From the NCBI GenBank assembly GCA_944392255.1, contig CALXVY010000001.1:47367-111366 (forward strand): 64,000 bases of DNA, written 5' to 3'. This stretch comes from an uncultured Alphaproteobacteria bacterium. Lineage in GTDB: Bacteria; Pseudomonadota; Alphaproteobacteria; RF32; CAG-239. This document shows, piece after piece, positions 30,137 to 39,747 of the stretch. A program made the translations under genes and the position numbers. The stretch's first letter is position 1, and the number at the start of each line of letters is the position of its first letter. Under the pieces are notes generated by a model that did not search any database, was not told where the DNA came from, and worked only from the letters and a program-made list of their open reading frames with translations.

Positions 30137-30303
30137 AAAACATACCGCCGAATGTTAAAAAACATCGGCGGTGGAGCTGAAAAACTGTATAGAGGCAGTC
30201 ACCCTTATTCGACCAATAAATTGGCTTATATCGGGCACTCCACCATAAAGTGGATTTCTCTATAATGATGTTTTTCAGACACCACAGGCTGTCTCCAACC
30301 TGC
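30137..30303 (-). ncRNA. C4-antisense-like structured leader with a1b1-type target and overlapping terminator (copy B)
   Basis: Minus strand: gcaggttg-GAGA-cagcctgt (30284-30303); a hairpin ggtgtctgaaaaacatc; b box tatagag; stem tggtggag (30238-30245)/ctccaccg (30169-30176) enclosing ctctata and gtttttcag; terminator-like accgccga...tcggcggt (30144-30172) then atgtttt. Confidence 0.72.
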
Positions 30304-30310
30304 AAGGAGC

Positions 30311-30338
30311 ATTGTAGAGAAAAAGGGAAAAAAAGCAA
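30311..30338 (-). promoter_or_regulatory. Putative sigma70 promoter of leader B
   Basis: TTGCTT (30333-30338), 16 bp, TACAAT (30311-30316). Confidence 0.5.
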
Positions 30339-30369
30339 ATGTTTTTTATGAAGAAGGCACATAAGCCCT

Positions 30370-30426
30370 GCCAAGAATTATATTTGTTCTCGGCACGGAA
30401 TATACGCCAAGAATTATATTTGTTCT
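30370..30426. repeat. 21-bp perfect direct repeat, two copies
   Basis: gccaagaattatatttgttct at 30370-30390 and 30406-30426, 15-bp spacer. Confidence 0.9.
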
Positions 30427-30478
30427 AGCCCCAGTCAGCGCGGCAGTCTAACCGATGCGATCAAACGCGCCGTGTTCG

Positions 30479-31072
30479 TTAGAGGAGCTTGCGGGAGTTA
30501 AGGGCAAGCTGAATGGTGCCTTCGTCCATATAGTCAAGCTCAGCCCCCATCGGGATTCCCTGCGCTAAGGTGGTTATTTTGACGTTAGAGTCCTTAAGGC
30601 GAGAAACCAAGTAGTGGGAAGTGATTTGTCCGTCAACCGTTGCCGGCAAGGCTAAAATAACCTCTGTAATGCCCTCAGAGCGGATTCTTTCAATCAATGG
30701 CTCAATATTCAAATCTTCGGGCGCAATACCATCTAGAGCCGATAAAACCCCGCCCAAGACATGATATTTACCTTTGAAGAAGGAAACACGCTCCATCGCC
30801 CAAAGGTCAGCCACATCTTGCACCACGCAAAGAAGGTGTGGTTCACGGAGGGCAGAAGAGCAAATCGAGCAAGGAGAGGTGGTGTCATAGTTACCGCAAA
30901 TTTCGCAGGTCTTGATATTGTCAGCCACTTGCGTCATTGCCTCAATTAAAGGCAAAAGCAAGGATTCGCGCTTTTTTATAAGTTGCAAAACTATGCGACG
31001 CGCCGAACGAGTGCCTAAAGACGGAAGTTTAGACACCAATTTTATGAGTTTTTCAATATCTTGACCTGCCAT
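30479..31072 (-). CDS. recR: Recombination mediator RecR
   Basis: LPSLGTRSARR, C4 finger, YHVLGG, DEGT. Confidence 0.97.
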   Translation of the reverse strand: MAGQDIEKLIKLVSKLPSLGTRSARRIVLQLIKKRESLLLPLIEAMTQVADNIKTCEICGNYDTTSPCSICSSALREPHLLCVVQDVADLWAMERVSFFKGKYHVLGGVLSALDGIAPEDLNIEPLIERIRSEGITEVILALPATVDGQITSHYLVSRLKDSNVKITTLAQGIPMGAELDYMDEGTIQLALNSRKLL

Positions 31073-31081
31073 AATAGTGCC

Positions 31082-31402
31082 TTAGAAAGGAAGTTTTAAT
31101 CCTGGAATATTCAATCCGCCGGTAACTGAAGAAATGGTTTTGTTCAAGTTTTCATCAACTTTGTTTTTGGCATCGTTATAAGCAGCCATAATCAAGTCTT
31201 CCAAAATATCAACTTCATCGGCATTGATAAGAGATTTATCAAGAGAGATTTTTTTCATTTCAAATTTACCGTTAAGCGTAACATTAACCATGCCACCGCC
31301 ACTGGTGCCGTTAACTTCTTCTTGAGCAGCTTTTTCTTGAGCTTCTTCCATTTTCTTTTGCATCATTTGCGCTTGTTTCATAATGCCTTGAATATTCATC
31401 AT
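31082..31402 (-). CDS. ybaB: YbaB/EbfC nucleoid-associated protein
   Basis: MKQAQMMQ, SGGGMV, LEDLIMAAYNDA; dnaX-ybaB-recR order. Confidence 0.96.
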   Translation of the reverse strand: MMNIQGIMKQAQMMQKKMEEAQEKAAQEEVNGTSGGGMVNVTLNGKFEMKKISLDKSLINADEVDILEDLIMAAYNDAKNKVDENLNKTISSVTGGLNIPGLKLPF

Positions 31403-31404
31403 TG

Positions 31405-33117
31405 TTAGAGTTCCTCATCAAAAAAAGGTTCGGATTCATCAGAAAGTTGAGCACCTTCTTCTTCATCCAGTTGTTTAATACGAGTTAATAAATCAATTTT
31501 AGAACCTTTGAATTCTGCCAAAATGGCTTTAACCAAAGGATATTCTGCCACACTTTTTTTATTTTCTTCCTCGGCAGCATGCTCTTTAGCAGCCATAGTT
31601 TGCCCCATTTGTCCGCGCAGAGTTTCAATTTTCCATGCTTTGCCGGTAGCATTTTCCAATTCTTTATGCAAATTTAAGATAAAATCGTTAGAGATTTTTT
31701 CAGAAATTGTCATTTTGATAAAGCCATCGGAAAATTCTTGAATGGCAATATCATTTTTAATGGCATAGGTAAGCAAAATCTTTTTGTGTTGCTCAAAATA
31801 ATCAGCCATTTCCTCAGGAGATTTAAAAGAAACCTTTGCTTCTGCATGAGCTAAAGCATTTTCGTTTTCAGCCAAAGCTGCAGCATGAGAGGCAATCAGC
31901 ACTGAGGGAGCAGATTCAGTTTTTTTTTCAGCCGAGAAGCTTAAGCTAGAGTTTTTTTTTACGTCGTTTAAAATCTCAAAAGGTGTCGGCAGAGATGCGG
32001 AATATGCCACGCGAATAAGTATCATTTCCAGAGCATCAATTTGCACCGGAGCAATGGCTAATTCGGAAATGCCTTTGAGAAGCATTTGCCAAATTTTAGA
32101 AAGAATGGCAATAGAAATTGAGCCGGAAAGCTTACGGCATAGTTCTTTTTCAGATTCGGCCAGATTATCATCATCAATGGAAGATGGTACGATTTTAGCT
32201 TTAGCCACCATATGCGTGATATTAACCAAATCTTGTAACAAAGTGGTTGGGTTGGCGCCGTTTTTATATTGTTCTTTGATATTTTTCAATACTTCATCGA
32301 CTTTTCCGCCGACAAGGGATTCAAAAAGTTCAAAAGTTTGGTTGCGGTCAGCCAAACCAATCATATTTTTAACCGTTTCGGTTTTAACCATGCCGGAGCT
32401 CAAAGAGATAGCTTGGTCAAGCAAAGACAAACCATCACGGCAAGAACCATCGGCAGCTTTGGCAATAATTTGCAAAGCCTCATCTTCAGCTTGCAAACCT
32501 TCTTTGCTGATAATATTTTTGAAATGGTTAAATAAGGTATCCACAGTCAATCGTTGCAAATCAAAGCGTTGGCAACGAGAAAGTACGGTAACCGGAACTT
32601 TTCTGATTTCGGTCGTGGCAAAAATAAATTTAACGTGAGAAGGAGGCTCTTCCAAAGTTTTGAGCAAAGCATTGAAAGCACTTTTGGAGAGCATGTGCAC
32701 TTCGTCGATGATATAAACTTTATAGCGAGCGTTTGTCGGCTTATAGCGAACACCATCCAAAATTTCGCGGATGTCATCTACACCGGTACGGGAAGCCGCA
32801 TCGAGTTCCAAAACATCAATATGTCTACCTTCGGCAATGGCTTTGCAGTTTTCACAAATTCCGCAAGGATGAACGGTCGGACCATTATGAGCATCTTTTC
32901 CAATACAGTTGAGTGCTTTGGCGATAATACGTGCCGTTGTTGTTTTACCAACGCCGCGGATTCCGGTGAGAATATAAGCATGGTGAAGACGATTATTTTT
33001 TATGGCATTAGTTAAAGTTTGCACTAAAGCATCTTGCCCGAGCAAATCTTCAAAGGTTTGCGGGCGATATTTTCTGGCAAGCACCACATATTGATTATCA
33101 GAATTTTCTTCAGCCAT
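31405..33117 (-). CDS. dnaX: DNA polymerase III subunit gamma/tau
   Basis: LARKYRPQTF, GIRGVGKTT, IIDEVHML, LLKTLEEPP, SRCQRF. Confidence 0.98.
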   Translation of the reverse strand: MAEENSDNQYVVLARKYRPQTFEDLLGQDALVQTLTNAIKNNRLHHAYILTGIRGVGKTTTARIIAKALNCIGKDAHNGPTVHPCGICENCKAIAEGRHIDVLELDAASRTGVDDIREILDGVRYKPTNARYKVYIIDEVHMLSKSAFNALLKTLEEPPSHVKFIFATTEIRKVPVTVLSRCQRFDLQRLTVDTLFNHFKNIISKEGLQAEDEALQIIAKAADGSCRDGLSLLDQAISLSSGMVKTETVKNMIGLADRNQTFELFESLVGGKVDEVLKNIKEQYKNGANPTTLLQDLVNITHMVAKAKIVPSSIDDDNLAESEKELCRKLSGSISIAILSKIWQMLLKGISELAIAPVQIDALEMILIRVAYSASLPTPFEILNDVKKNSSLSFSAEKKTESAPSVLIASHAAALAENENALAHAEAKVSFKSPEEMADYFEQHKKILLTYAIKNDIAIQEFSDGFIKMTISEKISNDFILNLHKELENATGKAWKIETLRGQMGQTMAAKEHAAEEENKKSVAEYPLVKAILAEFKGSKIDLLTRIKQLDEEEGAQLSDESEPFFDEEL

Positions 33118-33145
33118 GTTAATTTATCATTTCATCAAAAAAAGC

Positions 33146-33235
33146 GGTGGAGGACATATAGCCTTGATTAAAATCGTTACGGCTGCTTCCTTCCGGACCT
33201 GACCGGGTTGGCGACAAATCAACCCAACGTCCTCC
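33146..33235 (-). ncRNA. ffs: Small bacterial SRP RNA (4.5S)
   Basis: Core GGTCAGGTCCGGAAGGAAGCAGCC, terminal helix ggaggac/gtcctcc, usual position upstream of dnaX. Confidence 0.95.
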
Positions 33236-33302
33236 TTTGGGTAATATTGCCGAAAACGGAAGAGATTTCAAGCAATATTTATCTTTTCAGACAAGAATTT
33301 TT

Positions 33303-34769
33303 TTAATTACCAACCATAATGTTCATTTTTTGCAAGCTGCGGCGGATGCTGTCACGTTCTTCAGCTTCGTATAAATCTTGTTGGTTTGCCAAATTAAGCT
33401 GATGTCCGTAGATAAGAGATTCCGCCAATGTTTTATCTTTGCCGAAAATAAGTGGTGAGCGATAAGTTTCGGTTATGTTAATATTATCAGTATAAACATC
33501 AATATCATCGGCATCAAAACGTGTTGGAGCCTCATCTATAACCACATCTTCGGTCTTTTTCACTTCGACAATATCCATACTATGTTGGTTGCGTCCGTTT
33601 TCAAACAAGCGGAACATTCCGTTGATTCCGACATATCCATCAGGATTGGTAATAGTGGCTGTATAGTTATTTGCACCTTGTTTGGCAATGGCATTGGAAA
33701 GAGCCACGGCATCATATCCTAAAGCATAAAGAGCTTGGGGACGTTCACCGAAAACATAGGAATATTTATTTACAAAATAGTTGCTGTGACTACGAGAAAT
33801 GGCCGGATACCAACTTCCGATAAGAGTTGATTCGTTATTGAGTTTAGAGTTTTCCCATAGAGAAGTTCCCAAAAACTTAACATCTGGAGCAAATACGTCA
33901 TAATAACCAAACATGGCAACGGCAGATTTAAGTTTTGCGCCTTTTTCAGGAATAAGAACCATGTCAAAATCAATTTCACCTAAAGTATCATGAGTAGAAA
34001 CACGTTTCAACGCTTTGGCAGATTCTGCATCTCCGGCATCAGCTTTAGCTTTAAGAGATGCTTTAAGTTTTTCCATACGAGCATGACGTGTATTATAGTC
34101 GGTCATTTCTCTTAAGATATTAGAAAAATCGGAAGTATTGGGTGGATAAAAGGCAATGCGGGTAATGATGATGCTGTTTTTTTGAGCCGCTTTAACGGCA
34201 GCTTTGGCAACGGCGATTCCGGTAGCATTATCAGGAACCAAAAGAGCTAAACGAGAACGACCTTGCTTAACGGCATAAGAAATAATGCGGCAGACCTGCT
34301 CATCTACAAGCAGACCCAAGGTGTAGACACTGGGTTGTAACACATCTTCTGTGGTGGAAAAAGCAATGACGGGAATATTTCTGCGTGTTGTATCATCGGA
34401 AATGGCGCGTACGGAAGAACTTTTTAAAGGACCGATAATAACTTGCACGTTTTGGTTAATGGCGTTTTGTACGGCAGTACGAGCACCTTCGGGGGTGCTT
34501 TTAGTGTCGTAATATTGTAAAATGAGGTCAGGATTTTTAACATCATCAAGGGCGAGCATTGTTGCATTTTTCAAGCCGTTGCCATAGCGAGCGGCATCAC
34601 CGGTAAGAGGGAGCAAAACACCAACTCTGAAGCTAGATTTTTCAGAAAGATTTATTTCAGAAAAATCTGTGGAAGAAGCGTCAGCCCCGCCTAAATGATT
34701 AACATTAGATGAAGTTGAGCACGCAACGAGAGCCAAACCGAGAAATAATGCAGAAAATTGTTTTAACAC
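33303..34769 (-). CDS. Penicillin-binding protein activator (LpoA/LppC-like lipoprotein)
   Basis: Lipobox LVAC, VGVLLPLTG, IIGPL, ALGYDAV, GINGMFR; divergent from rsmI-yraN. Confidence 0.85.
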   Translation of the reverse strand: MLKQFSALFLGLALVACSTSSNVNHLGGADASSTDFSEINLSEKSSFRVGVLLPLTGDAARYGNGLKNATMLALDDVKNPDLILQYYDTKSTPEGARTAVQNAINQNVQVIIGPLKSSSVRAISDDTTRRNIPVIAFSTTEDVLQPSVYTLGLLVDEQVCRIISYAVKQGRSRLALLVPDNATGIAVAKAAVKAAQKNSIIITRIAFYPPNTSDFSNILREMTDYNTRHARMEKLKASLKAKADAGDAESAKALKRVSTHDTLGEIDFDMVLIPEKGAKLKSAVAMFGYYDVFAPDVKFLGTSLWENSKLNNESTLIGSWYPAISRSHSNYFVNKYSYVFGERPQALYALGYDAVALSNAIAKQGANNYTATITNPDGYVGINGMFRLFENGRNQHSMDIVEVKKTEDVVIDEAPTRFDADDIDVYTDNINITETYRSPLIFGKDKTLAESLIYGHQLNLANQQDLYEAEERDSIRRSLQKMNIMVGN

Positions 34770-34863
34770 TTGCTTTTTATCCTAAAATATATTGTTCTGT
34801 TATATAACGATAACATATTATAAAAATTAGTTTAAAAAAAAACTAATGTAAAGAGAAGAGATA

Positions 34864-35697
34864 ATGAAAAACGGTTTATACATTGTAGCCACCCCAATAG
34901 GAAATTTAGGCGACATATCTTCACGCGCGCTGGAAGTCTTGAAAGAAGCAGATATAATTGCTTGTGAAGATACAAGAGTAACCAAAAAACTTTTTTCTTT
35001 ATTGGGTATAAGTTTGCATAAAACCTTCATAACCCTGCATGATCATAATGAAGATGAACAAGCACAAAAAATTATAGATTATGTTTTATCAGGGCAAAGT
35101 GTGGCTCAAGTCAGCGATGCCGGATCACCGCTTATTTCCGACCCCGGATATAAATTAATCAAAAAATGCAAAGAGGCCGGAATTTATATAACCACGCTGC
35201 CGGGGTGTTGTGCTCTGATTTCAGCATTGCAGCTTTCGGGCTTGCCAACCAATAAGTTTATGTTTGTAGGTTTTATTCCAAACAAAGATAAAGCTCGAAC
35301 AGATTTGTTTAATAAATATAAAAATTTAGATGCAACTTTGATTTTTTATGAAACCGCCCCGAGATTGCTCAAAACATTGGGTGTGGCAAAAGAAATTTTT
35401 GGCAATAGAGAAATGTCGGTGGCACGTGAAATCAGCAAAGTTTATGAAGAATGTCAAACCGCTTTGGTTGAAGATTTGATAGATTTTTATACGCAAAATC
35501 CACCCAAAGGGGAAATGGTTTTTATGGTAGCTCCGGCAACAGAAGATAATCAGGAAGAAATAGATTTAGTTTCTCTGTTAAAAGAAAAGCTAGAAAAAAC
35601 AAGCTTAAAAACCGCTGTCAAAGAAATTGTCGAAACCTATGGATTGAATAAAAATGAAGTTTACGAACAAGCATTGAGGATAAAAAATGTCAAATAA
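34864..35697 (+). CDS. rsmI: 16S rRNA Cm1402 methyltransferase
   Basis: LYIVATPIGNLGDIS, CEDTR, SDAGSPLISDPG, FYETAPR. Confidence 0.97.
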   Translation: MKNGLYIVATPIGNLGDISSRALEVLKEADIIACEDTRVTKKLFSLLGISLHKTFITLHDHNEDEQAQKIIDYVLSGQSVAQVSDAGSPLISDPGYKLIKKCKEAGIYITTLPGCCALISALQLSGLPTNKFMFVGFIPNKDKARTDLFNKYKNLDATLIFYETAPRLLKTLGVAKEIFGNREMSVAREISKVYEECQTALVEDLIDFYTQNPPKGEMVFMVAPATEDNQEEIDLVSLLKEKLEKTSLKTAVKEIVETYGLNKNEVYEQALRIKNVK

Positions 35698-36058
35698 TTA
35701 TCATAATGGTAAATTAGCCGAATATATTGCTCTTTTTTATTTATTATTTCATGGTTACTTACCTATTGCCAAAAACTATATTACCGGTAAAGGTACACAC
35801 GCCGGAGAGGTAGATTTAATCGTCCGTAAAGGAAAAACTTTGGTTTTTGTAGAGGTCAAAGAACGTCGCAGCTTTGAAAAGGCTGCCTATGCCATTTCAG
35901 AAAAACAAAAACAACGCATTGTTAAAGGAGCCGAGGCCTTTTTAGCCAAACACAAGCATTATGATGCCTATGATATTCGTTTTGACGCCATATTGGTGGA
36001 ATATCCGTTTAAGATTAAGCATTTACGCAATGCATGGGTTGCATCTAAGCTATTTTAA
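35687..36058 (+). CDS. yraN: YraN family endonuclease-like protein
   Basis: GEVDLI, FVEVKER, RFD. Confidence 0.93.
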   Translation: MSNNYHNGKLAEYIALFYLLFHGYLPIAKNYITGKGTHAGEVDLIVRKGKTLVFVEVKERRSFEKAAYAISEKQKQRIVKGAEAFLAKHKHYDAYDIRFDAILVEYPFKIKHLRNAWVASKLF

Positions 36059-37283
36059 GTCCTTGCAAACGATTAAGCAAATCTTGCTTAGAGAGAGTAA
36101 AGCCGCTTTCAATCCACATATCTTCCAGATTGTTTAACACTTGTCCGATATGAGGACTTCCTTGAATTCCTGCATTGATAATATCTTGACCGCGCAAAGG
36201 AAAAGTGGGTTTTTCAAAAGCTAAGATAAATTTTAAAATATCATCAAAATCAGGCAAAATTTGTTTTTGTAAAGCTTGCTCAATCATTAACTTATTACGG
36301 GCAAAATCTTTACCATAAGTATAAATAATGCGCTTAAGACAACGAATATCTTCAAAATCGCACAGAGGCACGGAGATACGAGCCAAATCTGTAAACTCTT
36401 GTTTTTGTTTTTTGCTAAATTTCATACGTACGGCAATATTGTTGGCAAAAGCTTCATCAGGGTTAAATAAAATAAACAATCGAGCTAATGGGTTTTTAGG
36501 GAAATTTCCCTGATTAATTTGCTTATCTAAAAATTCTAAACATTCAATATTTTCATCTTTGGGAACAGGCAAAATATAGCTCAAAATCTCATTATCAGCC
36601 ATAATTTTAATGGTTTCTGCTGCATGGGGTGTAACTAAGATTTTACATAATTCATCACGAATTCTTTCCATAGAAAGCTCTTGCAAACCTTCGGAATTTT
36701 CTTTACAAGCTTCAAGCGCTTTTTTATCAATCGGCGTTTTAGCAAAAATGGAATAAAAGCGGAAAAAACGGAGGATTCGAAGATAATCTTCTTTTATGCG
36801 CTGAGACGGATTGCCGATAAAACGAACAACACCTTTTTCCAAATCATCAATTCCGTTATAATAATCAAAAACATTTCCGCGTTCATCAGCATAAACGGCA
36901 TTTATGGTCAAATCACGACGTCCGGCATCGGTTTCCCAATCGGTGGTGAATTCCACTTCCGCATGACGTCCGTCTGTGGAAATATCTTTTCTTAAAGAAG
37001 TAACTTCTAAAACCTTATCATCAATCATCACTCCGACAGTGCCATATTTAATACCCAAAGGAATAGTTTTAATACCATTGTCTTCGCAAGCTTCAACCAA
37101 TTCATCAGGGTTCAAATCGGTAGCCAAGTCCAAGTCAAAACCTTCCAAACCGGCAAGAGTGTCACGAACAGCACCTCCGACAAAACGTAAAGCACCGCCG
37201 TGTTCTTCAACGATGTTAAAAAGTTTGAGAACGTTTTTACTTTTAATCAGTTTTTTTATATCAATATAATTGTCGCGCATCAT
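36045..37283 (-). CDS. cca: CCA tRNA nucleotidyltransferase
   Basis: VGGAVRD, DLDLAT, RRDLTINA, EDYLRILRFFRF. Confidence 0.93.
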   Translation of the reverse strand: MMRDNYIDIKKLIKSKNVLKLFNIVEEHGGALRFVGGAVRDTLAGLEGFDLDLATDLNPDELVEACEDNGIKTIPLGIKYGTVGVMIDDKVLEVTSLRKDISTDGRHAEVEFTTDWETDAGRRDLTINAVYADERGNVFDYYNGIDDLEKGVVRFIGNPSQRIKEDYLRILRFFRFYSIFAKTPIDKKALEACKENSEGLQELSMERIRDELCKILVTPHAAETIKIMADNEILSYILPVPKDENIECLEFLDKQINQGNFPKNPLARLFILFNPDEAFANNIAVRMKFSKKQKQEFTDLARISVPLCDFEDIRCLKRIIYTYGKDFARNKLMIEQALQKQILPDFDDILKFILAFEKPTFPLRGQDIINAGIQGSPHIGQVLNNLEDMWIESGFTLSKQDLLNRLQGLKIA

Positions 37284-37389
37284 GATTGTTAATCCGTAAA
37301 TTTTTTTTAGAAATTAACAGTTTTTAGATATATTTCAAATACTATTATTAAAAAATGAAACAATTTTTAATAACAGAGAGAATGTAAAT

Positions 37390-37908
37390 ATGAAAAAAGG
37401 ACTATCGCTTCTTGTTTTGAGTGTTTTTTTGGCAACAAACGCTCAAGCTGCCCAAACCGCAAAACCGCAACAAATCGGCGAATATGATGATTGGGTTGCT
37501 TACTATTACCAAGATGCATCAGGGCTGACTTGCTATATGGCGTCAACACCAAAAAGAGATGAAGGCAAATATACCAAACGTGGCAATATTTATACGGTGA
37601 TTACCCATCGTCCAGCCGATAAAAGTTATGATGTTGTAAACATAACGGCAGGTTATACTTATAAACCGGAGTCTAAAGTAGAGATAAAAATCGGCAATAA
37701 GACTTTTGATAAATTGTTTGTTAACGGAGATAAAGCTTGGGCAACAAGCGATAAAACCGACAAAGAAATTGTTGAAGCCATGAAAAGAGGCTCTCGTATG
37801 ATTGTGCATGGTACTTCAAGCAAAGGTACCGCTACCAAAGACACTTATTCTTTAGCCGGTTTTTCTCAAGCATATAAAGCTATTAGTGCAAAGTGTAAAA
37901 AGAGATAA
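37390..37908 (+). CDS. Invasion-associated locus B (IalB)-like exported protein
   Basis: Signal peptide, DW..Y..C, AMKRG, DTYSLAGFSQA..C; conserved upstream of rlmN. Confidence 0.82.
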   Translation: MKKGLSLLVLSVFLATNAQAAQTAKPQQIGEYDDWVAYYYQDASGLTCYMASTPKRDEGKYTKRGNIYTVITHRPADKSYDVVNITAGYTYKPESKVEIKIGNKTFDKLFVNGDKAWATSDKTDKEIVEAMKRGSRMIVHGTSSKGTATKDTYSLAGFSQAYKAISAKCKKR

Positions 37909-37910
37909 TA

Positions 37911-38984
37911 ATGAGCGAAAAAATTGAGTTAATCGGCTTAAGCAAGGAAGAATTAGCTGAGGCCATTGCCGAGATTGGCGAAAAACCGTTTCGAGCCAAA
38001 CAAGTTTGGCAATGGTTATATCACCATGGTGTGACCGATTTTGAAAAAATGAGTAATTTGAGTAAAGATTTACGCGCCAAGTTAGCTGAGAAATTTACCA
38101 TCACACGCCCCAAAATCGTAGCTGAGCAAATTTCTTCCGACAAAACCCATAAATGGTTGTTGGAGTTTGCTGATGGACAAAGAATTGAAACCGTTTATAT
38201 TCCGGAAGAAGATAGGGGAACGGTTTGCATTTCCACTCAAGTTGGTTGTGCTGTTGGTTGCACTTTTTGCCATACCGGTTCGCAAAAAATCACTCGAAAT
38301 CTGACAGCAGGGGAAATCGTATCGCAGTTTTTGGTTGCCAGAGATGCTTATAATGAATGGCCAACCCCGACCGATGAGGTCAGATACTTGTCCAATATTG
38401 TGGTTATGGGTATGGGTGAACCGCTGCATAATAAAGAAAATACCTTTAAGGCATTAAAGATATTATCAGATGGCGACGGTGTAGCCATTTCACGCCGCAA
38501 AATCACTTTATCGACATCAGGTATCGTTCCGCATATTGCAGAAGTTGCCAGTGAGCTTGGTTGTCGTTTGGCAATCAGCCTGCACGCATCAAATAACGAA
38601 CTTCGCACCCGTATAATGCCGATTAATAAGAGATATCCGATAGAAGATGTTTTAACCGCTTGCCAAGAGTTTCAAAAAAGAGCCGGCAGCTGCAAATACA
38701 TCACTTTTGAATATTTGCTTTTGAATGGTTTGAATGATTCGCTAGAAAACGCACACGAACTTGTCGATTTGATGAAGAAATATAAGATTGATGCCAAGTT
38801 TAATCTGATTCCGTTTAATCCTTGGCCGGGATGCGATTATCAACCCTCTTCCAAAAATCGAGCCATGGCTTTTTCTAAAGAGCTGGGCAAATTTGGCTAT
38901 GCCGCACCGATTCGTGTGGCAAGAGGACAAGATATCTTAGCCGCTTGTGGACAGCTAAAGTCTAAGAAAGAACAACAAAAGTAA
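37911..38984 (+). CDS. rlmN: Dual-specificity RNA methyltransferase RlmN
   Basis: CISTQVGCAVGCTFC, MGMGEP, SLHA, DILAACGQL. Confidence 0.98.
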   Translation: MSEKIELIGLSKEELAEAIAEIGEKPFRAKQVWQWLYHHGVTDFEKMSNLSKDLRAKLAEKFTITRPKIVAEQISSDKTHKWLLEFADGQRIETVYIPEEDRGTVCISTQVGCAVGCTFCHTGSQKITRNLTAGEIVSQFLVARDAYNEWPTPTDEVRYLSNIVVMGMGEPLHNKENTFKALKILSDGDGVAISRRKITLSTSGIVPHIAEVASELGCRLAISLHASNNELRTRIMPINKRYPIEDVLTACQEFQKRAGSCKYITFEYLLLNGLNDSLENAHELVDLMKKYKIDAKFNLIPFNPWPGCDYQPSSKNRAMAFSKELGKFGYAAPIRVARGQDILAACGQLKSKKEQQK

Positions 38985-39016
38985 AATAAAAAATCCCTTT
39001 GATAAAAAGGGATTTT

Positions 39017-39601
39017 TTAATATCTTTCTCTGCTTCCGCGTTCCATAGTCAAAAGACGATTATTTTGTAATTGTCTTTGTCTTTCATAATCACGAATACG
39101 TTGCTGACGTTTTCGCTCTTCTTCAGGCGTTTCTCTGTGATTGGAATTAATTTCTTTCAAAGTGGCAATTCTTTGGATAACTTCTTGGGCACTTAAGCCA
39201 TCAGCCAAAGTTCTGATTTGGCCAATGATATTTTTAGGAGTAAGGCTCTGTTGAATGAGCTCCATATTTAAAAATTGTTCGTTGGCAATCACACGGTTAA
39301 TTTCCACTTCCAGATTTTCATCATAAAAATCTTCATCTTCATAAGGATTATGATTAGGCATATTCTTAACCGAACCATGGATGATTTTGACAATATATTT
39401 TTTAAATTGTTTGGTAACCAATTTCATAAAGTTAGGTTTTGTAACGGTGGGATTTTTTGAAGCGCGCATGAGAGAAAACAGTAAAAGATTTTTCAAATAT
39501 CTTTTCTGTGTTTTTTTCATTGGAATATTTGTTTGAATGCCGTTTCTAACCATAGCCAGAATTTCTTGGCGTTCTTCTTCAAATTTGTTTACGTCGTCCA
39601 T
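39017..39601 (-). CDS. Hypothetical protein with Arg/Gln-rich C-terminus
   Basis: Open frame; start MDDVNK (39601) preferred over 39631; ends ERQRQLQNNRLLTMERGSRERY. Confidence 0.7.
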   Translation of the reverse strand: MDDVNKFEEERQEILAMVRNGIQTNIPMKKTQKRYLKNLLLFSLMRASKNPTVTKPNFMKLVTKQFKKYIVKIIHGSVKNMPNHNPYEDEDFYDENLEVEINRVIANEQFLNMELIQQSLTPKNIIGQIRTLADGLSAQEVIQRIATLKEINSNHRETPEEERKRQQRIRDYERQRQLQNNRLLTMERGSRERY

Positions 39602-39747
39602 TTTTTTACTTTCCCGAAAAAAATATATCATAAAAATGACTTTGCTTCAATCTGCATTTAAAAAAAACTTGCCAAAAATATAAAAAAGGCTAAAATCAAG
39701 CCAATTTTCTTATTATTTATTGTATTACTAATCTAAAAATTTTTTAT

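Noticed and set aside
30135-30374. 79-aa ORF over leader B (and 29943-30158)
   Set aside because: No RBS or protein-like motif; the region is better explained by RNA structure.
30370-30426. Direct repeat pair as a mini CRISPR array
   Set aside because: Only two 21-bp copies, a 15-bp spacer and no cas genes in the window.
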